Of a DNA stretch of 49,515 bases, positions 34,401-49,515 are shown piece by piece. Positions within the stretch are counted from its first letter, which is position 1; each line of letters starts with the position of its first letter. Source of the DNA: Nemertoderma westbladi. Its lineage: Eukaryota; Animalia; Xenacoelomorpha. The position numbers were made by a program, and so were the translations under genes. The notes beneath the pieces were generated by a model, which was given only the letters and a program-made list of their open reading frames with translations, was not told the origin of the DNA and searched no databases. Where the stretch lies: positions 1-49,515 of the forward strand of contig JAUCBJ010001308.1 in NCBI GenBank assembly GCA_032718475.1. Direction: 5' to 3'.

Positions 34401-37400
34401 ACAGAAACACAATAATGTTACATAAATACAATAATGTTACATAAATACAATAATGTTACAGAAATACAATAATGTTACATAAATACAATAATGTTACAGA
34501 AACACAATAATGTTACATAAATACAATAATGTTACATAAATACAATAATGTTACATAAATACAATAATGTTACATAAATACAATAATGTTACATAAATAC
34601 AATAATGTTACTTAAATACAATAATGTTACATAAATACAATAATGTTACAGAAACACAATAATGTTACAGAAACACAATAATGTTACATAAATACAATAA
34701 TGTTACATAAATACAATAATGTTACATAAATACAATAATGTTACATAAATACAATAATGTTACATAAATACAATAATGTTACATAAATACAATAATGTTA
34801 CATAAATACAATAATGTTACATAAATACAATAATGTTACATAAATACAATAATGTTACAGAAACACAATAATGTTACATAAATACAATAATGTTACATAA
34901 ATACAATAATGTTACATAAATACAATAATGTTACATAAATACAATAATGTTACAGAAACACAATAATGTTACAGAAACACAATAATGTTACTTAAATACA
35001 ATAATGTTACATAAACACAATAATGTTACATAAATACAATAATGTTACATAAATACAATAATGTTACATAAACACAATAATGTTACATAAATACAATAAT
35101 GTTACATAAATACAATAATGTTACATAAACACAATAATGTTACATAAATACAATAATGTTACATAAATACAATGATGTTACATAAATACAATAATGTTAC
35201 ATAAATACAATAATGTTACTTAAATACAATAATGTTACATAAACACAATAATGTTACATAAATACAATAATGTTACTTAAATACAATAATGTTACATAAA
35301 CACAATAATGTTACATAAATACAATAATGTTACATAAACACAATAATGTTACATAAATACAATAATGTTACATAAATACAATAATGTTACTTAAATACAA
35401 TAATGTTACATAAATACAATAATGTTACATAAATACAATAATGTTACATAAACACAATAATGTTACATAAATACAATAATGTTACATAAATACAATAATG
35501 TTACTTAAATACAATAATGTTACATAAACACAATAATGTTACATAAATACAATAATGTTACATAAACACAATAATGTTACATAAATACAATAATGTTACA
35601 TAAATACAATAATGTTACTTAAATACAATAATGTTACATAAACACAATAATGTTACATAAATACAATAATGTTACATAAATACAATGATGTTACATAAAT
35701 ACAATAATGTTACATAAATACAATAATGTTACTTAAATACAATAATGTTACATAAACACAATAATGTTACATAAATACAATAATGTTACATAAACACAAT
35801 AATGTTACATAAATACAATAATGTTACATAAATACAATAATGTTACATAAATACAATAATGTTACATAAATACAATAATGTTACATAAATACAATAATGT
35901 TACATAAATACAATAATGTTACATAAATACAATAATGTTACATAAATACAATAATGTTACATAAATACAATAATGTTACATAAATACAATAATGTTACAT
36001 AAATACAATAATGTTACATAAACACAATGTTACATAAATACAATAATGTTACATAAATACAATAATGTTACATAAATACAATGTTACAGAAACACAATAA
36101 TGTTACATAAATACAATAATGTTACATAAATACAATGATGTTACAGAAACACAATAATGTTACATAAATTCAATAATGTTACAGAAACACAATAATGTTA
36201 CATAAATACAATAATGTTACATAAATACAATAATGTTACATAAATACAATAATGTTACAGAAACACAATAATGTTACATAAATTCAATAATGTTACAGAA
36301 ACACAATAATGTTACATAAATACAATAATGTTACATAAATACAATAATGTTAAAGAAACACAATAATGTTACATAAATACAATAATGTTACATAAATACA
36401 ATAATGTTACATAAATACAATAATGTTACTTAAATACAATAATGTTACATAAACACAATAATGTTACATAAATACAATAATGTTACATAAATACAATAAT
36501 GTTACATAAATACAATAATGTTACATAAATACAATAATGTTACATAAATACAATAATGTTACATAAATACAATAATGTTACAGAAACACAATAATGTTAC
36601 ATAAATTCAATAATGTTACAGAAACACAATAATGTTACATAAATACAATAATGTTACATAAATACAATAATGTTAAAGAAACACAATAATGTTACATAAA
36701 TACAATAATGTTACATAAATACAATAATGTTACATAAATACAATAATGTTACTTAAATACAATAATGTTACAGAAACACAATAATGTTACAGAAACACAA
36801 TAATGTTACATAAATACAATAATGTTACATAAATACAATAATGTTACTTAAATACAATAATGTTACAGAAACACAATAATGTTACAGAAACACAATAATG
36901 TTACATAAATACAATAATGTTACATAAATACAATAATGTTACATAAATACAATAATGTTACATAAATACAATAATGTTACATAAATACAATAATGTTACA
37001 TAAATACAATAATGTTACATAAATACAATAATGTTACATAAACACAATGTTACATAAATACAATAATGTTACATAAATACAATAATGTTACATAAATACA
37101 ATGTTACAGAAACACAATAATGTTACATAAATACAATAATGTTACATAAATACAATGATGTTACAGAAACACAATAATGTTACATAAATTCAATAATGTT
37201 ACAGAAACACAATAATGTTACATAAATACAATAATGTTACATAAATACAATAATGTTACATAAATACAATAATGTTACAGAAACACAATAATGTTACATA
37301 AATACAATGTTACAGAAACACAATAATGTTACATAAATTCAATAATGTTACAGAAACACAATAATGTTACATAAATACAATAATGTTACATAAATACAAT

Positions 37401-40400
37401 AATGTTAAAGAAACACAATAATGTTACATAAATACAATAATGTTACATAAATACAATAATGTTACATAAATACAATAATGTTACATAAATACAATAATGT
37501 TACATAAATACAATAATGTTACATAAATACAATAATGTTACATAAATACAATAATGTTACATAAACACAATGTTACATAAATACAATAATGTTACATAAA
37601 TACAACAATGTTACATAAATACAATGTTACAGAAACACAATAATGTTACATAAATACAATAATGTTACATAAATACAATAATGTTACATAAATACAATAA
37701 TGTTACATAAATACAATAATGTTACATAAATACAATAATGTTACATAAATACAATAATGTTACATAAATACAATGTTACAGAAACACAATAATGTTACAT
37801 AAATACAATAATGTTACATAAATACAATAATGTTAAAGAAACACAATAATGTTACATAAATACAATAATGTTACAGAAACACAATAATGTTACAGAAACA
37901 CAATAATGTTACATAAATACAATAATGTTACATAAATACAATAATGTTACATAAACACAATAATGTTACATAAATACAATAATGTTACATAAATACAATA
38001 ATGTTACATAAATACAATAATGGTACATAAATACAATAATGTTACAGAAACACAATAATGTTACAGAAACACAATAATGTTACATAAATACAATAATGTT
38101 ACATAAATACAATAATGTTACAGAAACACAATAATGTTACATAAATACAATAATGTTACAGAAACACAATAATGTTACATAAATACAATAATGTTACATA
38201 AATACAATAATGTTACATAAATACAATAATGTTACATAAATACAATAATGTTACATAAATACAATAATGTTACTTAAATACAATAATGTTACATAAATAC
38301 AATAATGTTACATAAATACAATAATGTTACATAAATACAATAATGTTACATAAATACAATAATGTTACATAAATACAATAATGTTACATAAATACAATAA
38401 TGTTACTTAAATACAATAATGTTACATAAATACAATAATGTTACATAAATACAATAATGTTACATAAATACAATAATGTTACATAAATACAATAATGTTA
38501 CATAAATACAATAATGTTACATAAATACAATAATGTTACATAAATACAATAATGTTACATAAATACAATAATGTTACATAAACACAATGTTACATAAATA
38601 CAATAATGTTACATAAATACAATAATGTTACATAAATACAATGTTACAGAAACACAATAATGTTACATAAATACAATAATGTTACATAAATACAATGATG
38701 TTACAGAAACACAATAATGTTACATAAATTCAATAATGTTACAGAAACACAATAATGTTACATAAATACAATAATGTTACATAAATACAATAATGTTACA
38801 TAAATACAATAATGTTACAGAAACACAATAATGTTACATAAATACAATGTTACAGAAACACAATAATGTTACATAAATTCAATAATGTTACAGAAACACA
38901 ATAATGTTACATAAATACAATAATGTTACATAAATACAATAATGTTACATAAATACAATAATGTTACAGAAACACAATAATGTTACAGAAACACAATAAT
39001 GTTACATAAATACAATAATGTTACATAAATACAATAATGTTACATAAATACAATAATGTTACATAAATACAATAATGTTACATAAATACAATAATGTTAC
39101 ATAAATACAATAATGTTACATAAATACAATAATGTTACATAAACACAATGTTACATAAATACAATAATGTTACATAAATACAATAATGTTACATAAATAC
39201 AATGTTACAGAAACACAATAATGTTACATAAATACAATAATGTTACATAAATACAATAATGTTACATAAATACAATAATGTTACATAAATACAATAATGT
39301 TACATAAATACAATAATGTTACATAAATACAATAATGTTACATAAATACAATAATGTTACATAAACACAATGTTACATAAATACAATAATGTTACATAAA
39401 TACAATAATGTTACATAAATACAATGTTACAGAAACACAATAATGTTACATAAATACAATAATGTTACATAAATACAATAATGTTACATAAATACAATAA
39501 TGTTACATAAATACAATAATGTTACATAAATACAATAATGTTACATAAATACAATAATGTTACATAAACACAATGTTACATAAATACAATAATGTTACAT
39601 AAATACAATAATGTTACATAAATACAATGTTACAGAAACACAATAATGTTACATAAATACAATAATGTTACATAAATACAATAATGTTACATAAATACAA
39701 TAATGTTACATAAATACAATAATGTTACATAAATACAATAATGTTACATAAATACAATAATGTTACATAAATACAATAATGTTACATAAATACAATAATG
39801 TTACATAAATACAATAATGTTACATAAATACAATAATGTTACATAAACACAATGTTACATAAATACAATAATGTTACATAAATACAATAATGTTACATAA
39901 ATACAATGTTACAGAAACACAATAATGTTACATAAATACAATAATGTTACATAAATACAATGATGTTACAGAAACACAATAATGTTACATAAATTCAATA
40001 ATGTTACAGAAACACAATAATGTTACATAAATACAATAATGTTACATAAATACAATAATGTTACATAAATACAATAATGTTACATAAATACAATAATGTT
40101 ACATAAATACAATAATGTTACAGAAACACAATAATGTTACATAAATACAATAATGTTACATAAATACAATAATGTTACATAAATACAATAATGTTACATA
40201 AATACAATAATGTTAAAGAAACACAATAATGTTACATAAATACAATAATGTTACATAAATACAATAATGTTACATAAATACAATAATGTTACATAAATAC
40301 AATAATGTTACATAAATACAATAATGTTACATAAATACAATAATGTTACATAAATACAATAATGTTACATAAATACAATAATGTTACATAAATACAATAA

Positions 40401-43400
40401 TGTTACATAAATACAATAATGTTACATAAATACAATAATGTTACATAAATACAATAATGTTACATAAATACAATAATGTTACATAAATACAATAATGTTA
40501 CATAAATACAATAATGTTACATAAACACAATAATGTTACATAAATACAATAATGTTACATAAATACAATAATGTTACATAAATACAATAATGTTACATAA
40601 ATACAATAATGTTACATAAATACAATAATGTTACATAAATACAATAATGTTACATAAATACAATAATGTTACATAAATACAATAATGTTACATAAATACA
40701 ATAATGTTACATAAATACAATAATGTTACATAAATACAATAATGTTACATAAATACAATAATGTTACATAAATACAATAATGTTACATAAATACAATAAT
40801 GTTACATAAATACAATAATGTTACATAAATACAATAATGTTACATAAATACAATAATGTTACATAAATACAATAATGTTACATAAATACAATAATGTTAC
40901 ATAAATACAATAATGTTAAAGAAACACAATAATGTTACATAAATACAATAATGTTACATAAATACAATAATGTTACATAAATACAATAATGTTACATAAA
41001 TACAATAATGTTACATAAATACAATAATGTTACATAAATACAATAATGTTACATAAATACAATAATGTTACATAAATACAATAATGTTACATAAATACAA
41101 TAATGTTACATAAATACAATAATGTTACATAAATACAATAATGTTACATAAATACAATAATGTTAAAGAAACACAATAATGTTACATAAATACAATAATG
41201 TTACATAAATACAATAATGTTACATAAATACAATAATGTTACATAAATACAATAATGTTACATAAATACAATAATGTTACATAAATACAATAATGTTACA
41301 TAAATACAATAATGTTACATAAATACAATAATGTTACATAAATACAATAATGTTACATAAATACAATAATGTTACAGAAACACAATAATGTTACATAAAT
41401 ACAATAATGTTACATAAATACAATAATGTTACATAAATACAATAATGTTACATAAATACAATAATGTTACATAAATACAATAATGTTACATAAATACAAT
41501 AATGTTACATAAATACAATAATGTTACATAAACACAATAATGTTACATAAATACAATAATGTTACATAAATACAATAATGTTACATAAATACAATAATGT
41601 TACATAAATACAATAATGTTACATAAATACAATAATGTTACATAAATACAATAATGTTACATAAATACAATAATGTTACATAAATACAATAATGTTACAT
41701 AAATACAATAATGTTACATAAACACAATAATGTTACATAAATACAATAATGTTACATAAATACAATAATGTTACATAAATACAATAATGTTACATAAATA
41801 CAATAATGTTACATAAATACAATAATGTTACATAAATACAATAATGTTACATAAATACAATAATGTTACATAAATACAATAATGTTACATAAATACAATA
41901 ATGTTACATAAATACAATAATGTTACATAAATACAATAATGTTACATAAATACAATAATGTTACATAAATACAATAATGTTACATAAATACAATAATGTT
42001 ACATAAATACAATAATGTTACATAAATACAATAATGTTACATAAATACAATAATGTTACATAAATACAATAATGTTACATAAATACAATAATGTTACATA
42101 AATACAATAATGTTACATAAATACAATAATGTTACATAAATACAATAATGTTACATAAATACAATAATGTTACATAAATACAATAATGTTACATAAATAC
42201 AATAATGTTACATAAATACAATAATGTTACATAAATACAATAATGTTACATAAATACAATAATGTTACATAAATACAATAATGTTACATAAATACAATAA
42301 TGTTACATAAATACAATAATGTTACATAAATACAATAATGTTACATAAATACAATAATGTTACATAAATACAATAATGTTACATAAATACAATAATGTTA
42401 CATAAATACAATAATGTTACATAAATACAATAATGTTACATAAATACAATAATGTTACATAAATACAATAATGTTACATAAATACAATAATGTTACATAA
42501 ATACAATAATGTTACATAAATACAATAATGTTACATAAATACAATAATGTTACATAAATACAATAATGTTACATAAATACAATAATGTTACATAAATACA
42601 ATAATGTTACATAAATACAATAATGTTACATAAATACAATAATGTTACATAAATACAATAATGTTACATAAATACAATAATGTTACATAAATACAATAAT
42701 GTTACATAAATACAATAATGTTACATAAATACAATAATGTTACATAAATACAATAATGTTACATAAATACAATAATGTTACATAAATACAATAATGTTAC
42801 ATAAATACAATAATGTTACATAAATACAATAATGTTACATAAATACAATAATGTTACATAAATACAATAATGTTACATAAATACAATAATGTTACATAAA
42901 TACAATAATGTTACATAAATACAATAATGTTACATAAATACAATAATGTTACATAAATACAATAATGTTACATAAATACAATAATGTTACATAAATACAA
43001 TAATGTTACATAAATACAATAATGTTACATAAATACAATAATGTTACATAAATACAATAATGTTACATAAATACAATAATGTTACATAAATACAATAATG
43101 TTACATAAATACAATAATGTTACATAAATACAATAATGTTACATAAATACAATAATGTTACATAAATACAATAATGTTACATAAATACAATAATGTTACA
43201 TAAATACAATAATGTTACATAAATACAATAATGTTACATAAATACAATAATGTTACATAAATACAATAATGTTACATAAATACAATAATGTTACATAAAT
43301 ACAATAATGTTACATAAATACAATAATGTTACATAAATACAATAATGTTACATAAATACAATAATGTTACATAAATACAATAATGTTACATAAATACAAT

Positions 43401-46400
43401 AATGTTACATAAATACAATAATGTTACATAAATACAATAATGTTACATAAATACAATAATGTTACATAAATACAATAATGTTACATAAATACAATAATGT
43501 TACATAAATACAATAATGTTACATAAATACAATAATGTTACATAAATACAATAATGTTACATAAATACAATAATGTTACATAAATACAATAATGTTACAT
43601 AAATACAATAATGTTACATAAATACAATAATGTTACATAAATACAATAATGTTACATAAATACAATAATGTTACATAAATACAATAATGTTACATAAATA
43701 CAATAATGTTACATAAATACAATAATGTTACATAAATACAATAATGTTACATAAATACAATAATGTTACATAAATACAATAATGTTACATAAATACAATA
43801 ATGTTACATAAATACAATAATGTTACATAAATACAATAATGTTACATAAATACAATAATGTTACATAAATACAATAATGTTACATAAATACAATAATGTT
43901 ACATAAATACAATAATGTTACATAAATACAATAATGTTACATAAATACAATAATGTTACATAAATACAATAATGTTACATAAATACAATAATGTTACATA
44001 AATACAATAATGTTACATAAATACAATAATGTTACATAAATACAATAATGTTACATAAATACAATAATGTTACATAAATACAATAATGTTACATAAATAC
44101 AATAATGTTACATAAATACAATAATGTTACATAAATACAATAATGTTACATAAATACAATAATGTTACATAAATACAATAATGTTACATAAATACAATAA
44201 TGTTACATAAATACAATAATGTTACATAAATACAATAATGTTACATAAATACAATAATGTTACATAAATACAATAATGTTACATAAACACAATAATGTTA
44301 CATAAATACAATAATGTTACATAAATACAATAATGTTACATAAATACAATAATGTTACATAAATACAATAATGTTACATAAATACAATAATGTTACATAA
44401 ATACAATAATGTTACATAAATACAATAATGTTACATAAATACAATAATGTTACATAAATACAATAATGTTACATAAATACAATAATGTTACATAAATACA
44501 ATAATGTTACATAAATACAATAATGTTACATAAATACAATAATGTTACATAAATACAATAATGTTACATAAATACAATAATGTTACATAAATACAATAAT
44601 GTTACATAAATACAATAATGTTACATAAATACAATAATGTTACATAAATACAATAATGTTACATAAATACAATAATGTTACATAAATACAATAATGTTAC
44701 ATAAATACAATAATGTTACATAAATACAATAATGTTAAAGAAACACAATAATGTTACATAAATACAATAATGTTACATAAATACAATAATGTTACATAAA
44801 TACAATAATGTTACATAAATACAATAATGTTACATAAATACAATAATGTTACATAAATACAATAATGTTACATAAATACAATAATGTTACAGAAACACAA
44901 TAATGTTACATAAATACAATAATGTTACATAAATACAATAATGTTACATAAATACAATAATGTTACATAAATACAATAATGTTACATAAATACAATAATG
45001 TTACATAAATACAATAATGTTACATAAATACAATAATGTTACATAAATACAATAATGTTACATAAATACAATAATGTTACATAAATACAATAATGTTACA
45101 TAAATACAATAATGTTACATAAATACAATAATGTTACATAAATACAATAATGTTACATAAATACAATAATGTTACATAAATACAATAATGTTACATAAAT
45201 ACAATAATGTTACATAAATACAATAATGTTACATAAATACAATAATGTTACATAAATACAATAATGTTACATAAATACAATAATGTTACATAAATACAAT
45301 AATGTTACATAAATACAATAATGTTACATAAATACAATAATGTTACATAAATACAATAATGTTACATAAATACAATAATGTTACAGAAACACAATAATGT
45401 TACAGAAACACAATAATGTTACATAAATACAATAATGTTACATAAATACAATAATGTTACATAAATACAATAATGTTACAGAAACACAATAATGTTACAG
45501 AAACACAATTATGTTACTTAAATACAATAATGTTACATAAACACAATAATGTTACATAAACACAATAATGTTACATAAATACAATAATGTTACATAAACA
45601 CAATAATGTTACATAAATACAATAATGTTACATAAATACAATAATGTTACATAAACACAATAATGTTACATAAATACAATAATGTTACATAAATACAATG
45701 ATGTTACATAAATACAATAATGTTACATAAATACAATAATGTTACTTAAATACAATAATGTTACATAAACACAATAATGTTACATAAATACAATAATGTT
45801 ACTTAAATACAATAATGTTACATAAACACAATAATGTTACATAAATACAATAATGTTACATAAACACAATAATGTTACATAAATACAATAATGTTACATA
45901 AATACAATAATGTTACTTAAATACAATAATGTTACATAAATACAATAATGTTACATAAATACAATAATGTTACATAAACACAATAATGTTACATAAATAC
46001 AATAATGTTACATAAATACAATAATGTTACTTAAATACAATAATGTTACATAAATACAATAATGTTACATAAATACAATAATGTTACATAAACACAATAA
46101 TGTTACATAAATACAATAATGTTACATAAATACAATAATGTTACATAAATACAATAATGTTACATAAACACAATAATGTTACATAAATACAATAATGTTA
46201 CATAAATACAATGATGTTACATAAATACAATAATGTTACATAAATACAATAATGTTACTTAAATACAATAATGTTACATAAACACAATAATGTTACATAA
46301 ATACAATAATGTTACATAAACACAATAATGTTACATAAATACAATAATGTTACATAAATACAATAATGTTACATAAATACAATAATGTTACATAAATACA

Positions 46401-49400
46401 ATAATGTTACATAAATACAATAATGTTACATAAATACAATAATGTTACATAAATACAATAATGTTACATAAATACAATAATGTTACATAAATACAATAAT
46501 GTTACATAAATACAATAATGTTACATAAATACAATAATGTTACATAAACACAATAATGTTACATAAATACAATAATGTTACAGAAACACAATAATGTTAC
46601 ATAAATACAATAATGTTACAGAAACACAATAATGTTACATAAATACAATAATGTTACATAAATACAATGATGTTACAGAAACACAATAATGTTACATAAA
46701 TTCAATAATGTTACAGAAACACAATAATGTTACATAAATACAATAATGTTACATAAATACAATAATGTTACATAAATACAATAATGTTACAGAAACACAA
46801 TAATGTTACAGAAACTCAATAATGTTACAGAATCACAATAATGTTACATAAATACAATAATGTTACATAAATACAATAATGTTACAGAAACACAATAATG
46901 TTACAGAAACACAATAATGTTACATAAATACAATAATGTTACATAAATACAATAATGTTACATAAATACAATAATGTTACATAAATACAATAATGTTACA
47001 GAAATACAATAATGTTACATAAATACAATAATGTTACAGAAACACAATAATGTTACATAAATACAATAATGTTACATAAATACAATAATGTTACATAAAT
47101 ACAATAATGTTACATAAATACAATAATGTTACATAAATACAATAATGTTACAGAAACACAATAATGTTACATAAATACAATAATGTTACATAAATACAAT
47201 AATGTTACATAAATACAATAATGTTACATAAATACAATAATGTTACATAAATACAATAATGTTACATAAATACAATAATGTTACATAAATACAATAATGT
47301 TACAGAAACACAATAATGTTACATAAATACAATAATGTTACATAAATACAATAATGTTACAGAAACACAATAATGTTACATAAATACAATAATGTTACAG
47401 AAACACAATAATGTTACATAAATACAATAATGTTACAGAAACACAATAATGTTACATAAATACAATAATGTTACATAAATACAATAATGTTACATAAATA
47501 CAATAATGTTACATAAATACAATAATGTTACATAAATACAATAATGTTACATAAATACAATAATGTTACATAAATACAATAATGTTACATAAATACAATA
47601 ATGTTACAGAAACACAATAATGTTACATAAATACAATAATGTTACATAAATACAATAATGTTACATAAATACAATAATGTTACATAAATACAATAATGTT
47701 ACAGAAACACAATAATGTTACTTAAACACAATAATGTTACAGAAACACAATAATGTTACATAAATACAATAATGTTACAGAAACACAATAATGTTACAGA
47801 AACACAATAATGTTACATAAATACAATAATGTTACATAAATACAATAATGTTACAGAAACACAATAATGTTACATAAACACAATAATGTTACATAAATAC
47901 AATAATGTTACAGAAACACAATAATGTTACAGAAATACAATAATGTTACAGAAACACAATAATGTTACATAAATACAATAATGTTACATAAATACAATAA
48001 TGTTACATAAATACAATAATGTTACATAAATACAATAATGTTACATAAATACAATAATGTTACAGAAACACAATAATGTTACATAAATACACTAATGTTA
48101 CATAAATACAATAATGTTACATAAATACAATAATGTTACATAAATACAATAATGTTACAGAAACACAATAATGTTACATAAATACAATAATGTTACAGAA
48201 ACACAATAATGTTACAGAAACACAATAATGTTACATAAATACAATAATGTTACATAAATACAATAATGTTACATAAATACAATAATGTTACATAAACACA
48301 ATAATGTTACAGAAACACAATAATGTTACATAAATACAATAATGTTACAGAAACACAATAATGTTACATAAATACAATAATGTTACATAAATACAATAAT
48401 GTTACAGAAACACAATAATGTTACATAAATACAATAATGTTACAGAAACTACAATAATGTTACATAAATACAATAATGTTACATAAACTACAATAATGTT
48501 ACATAAATACAATAATGTTACATAAACACAATAATGTTACATAAATACAATAATGTTACAGAAACACAATAATGTTACATAAATACAATAATGTTACATA
48601 AATACAATAATGTTACATAAATACAATAATGTTACATAAATACAATAATGTTACATAAATACAATAATGTTACATAAATACAATAATGTTACATAAATAC
48701 AATAATGTTACAGAAACACAATAATGTTACATAAACACAATAATGTTACATAAATACAATAATGTTACATAAATACAATAATGTTACATAAATACAATAA
48801 TGTTACATAAATACAATAATGTTACATAAATACAATAATGTTACAGAAACACAATAATGTTACATAAACACAATAATGTTACATAAACACAATAATGTTA
48901 CATAAATACAATAATGTTACATAAATACAATAATGTTACATAAATACAATAATGTTACATAAATACAATAATGTTACATAAATACAATAATGTTACATAA
49001 ATACAATAATGTTACAGAAATACAATAATGTTACATAAATACAATAATGTTACATAAATACAATAATGTTACATAAATACAATAATGTTACATAAATACA
49101 ATAATGTTACATAAACACAATAATGTTACTGAAACACAATAATGTTACAGAAACACAATAATGTTACATAAATACAATAATGTTACAGAAACACAATAAT
49201 GTTACAGAAACACAATAATGTTACATAAATACAATAATGTTACATAAATACAATAATGTTACATAAATACAATAATGTTACATAAATACAATAATGTTAC
49301 ATAAATACAATAATGTTACATAAATACAATAATGTTACATAAATACAATAATGTTACATAAATACAATAATGTTACATAAATACAATAATGTTACATAAA

Positions 49401-49515
49401 TACAATAATGTTACATAAATACAATAATGTTACATAAATACAATAATGTTACATAAATACAATAATGTTACATAAATACAATAATGTTACATAAATACAA
49501 TAATGTTACATAAAT
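31405..49515. repeat. 19-bp satellite, right segment (>18 kb, continues past the window end)
   Basis: Roughly 950 tandem units of AATAATGTTACATAAATAC, with variant-rich flanks and a homogeneous core. Confidence 0.99.

Overview
Animal (probably invertebrate) nuclear DNA; no prokaryotic features. The backbone is the 5' part of an ACBD3/GCP60-like gene on the + strand. Six coding exons (5792-21899) encode the ACB domain, a charged coiled coil and the Q domain; the GOLD-domain exons are not in the window. Its introns are swollen by tandem repeats: a 24-bp minisatellite, an 8.7-kb array of a ~40-bp unit, and a ~20-kb array of a 19-bp unit that runs off the window end. The main feature is a full-length 4632-bp Sola2-type DNA transposon (26773-31404) inserted in the 19-bp satellite. 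It has GAG...CTC ends, a TAAT target-site duplication, bipartite long inverted repeats and a DDD transposase. One 8-bp insertion splits off its N-terminus. When this is repaired, the ~872-aa protein starts with a Cys/His domain closely resembling the N-terminal half of vertebrate ARL14EP (C11orf46, a SETDB1 partner; compared from memory) and ends with a Tudor/SH3-like module. A paralogous empty site for this insertion appears to survive 4186 bp downstream in the same array. Also present: a non-autonomous piggyBac-like element with a nested CR1-type LINE fragment, an element with an 8-bp TSD just upstream of the gene, a probable solo LTR with a CTCF-like motif, Harbinger-like MITEs, a Helitron-like 5' end, tRNA-like relics, and a chimeric ACBD3 exon formed by intragenic duplication.
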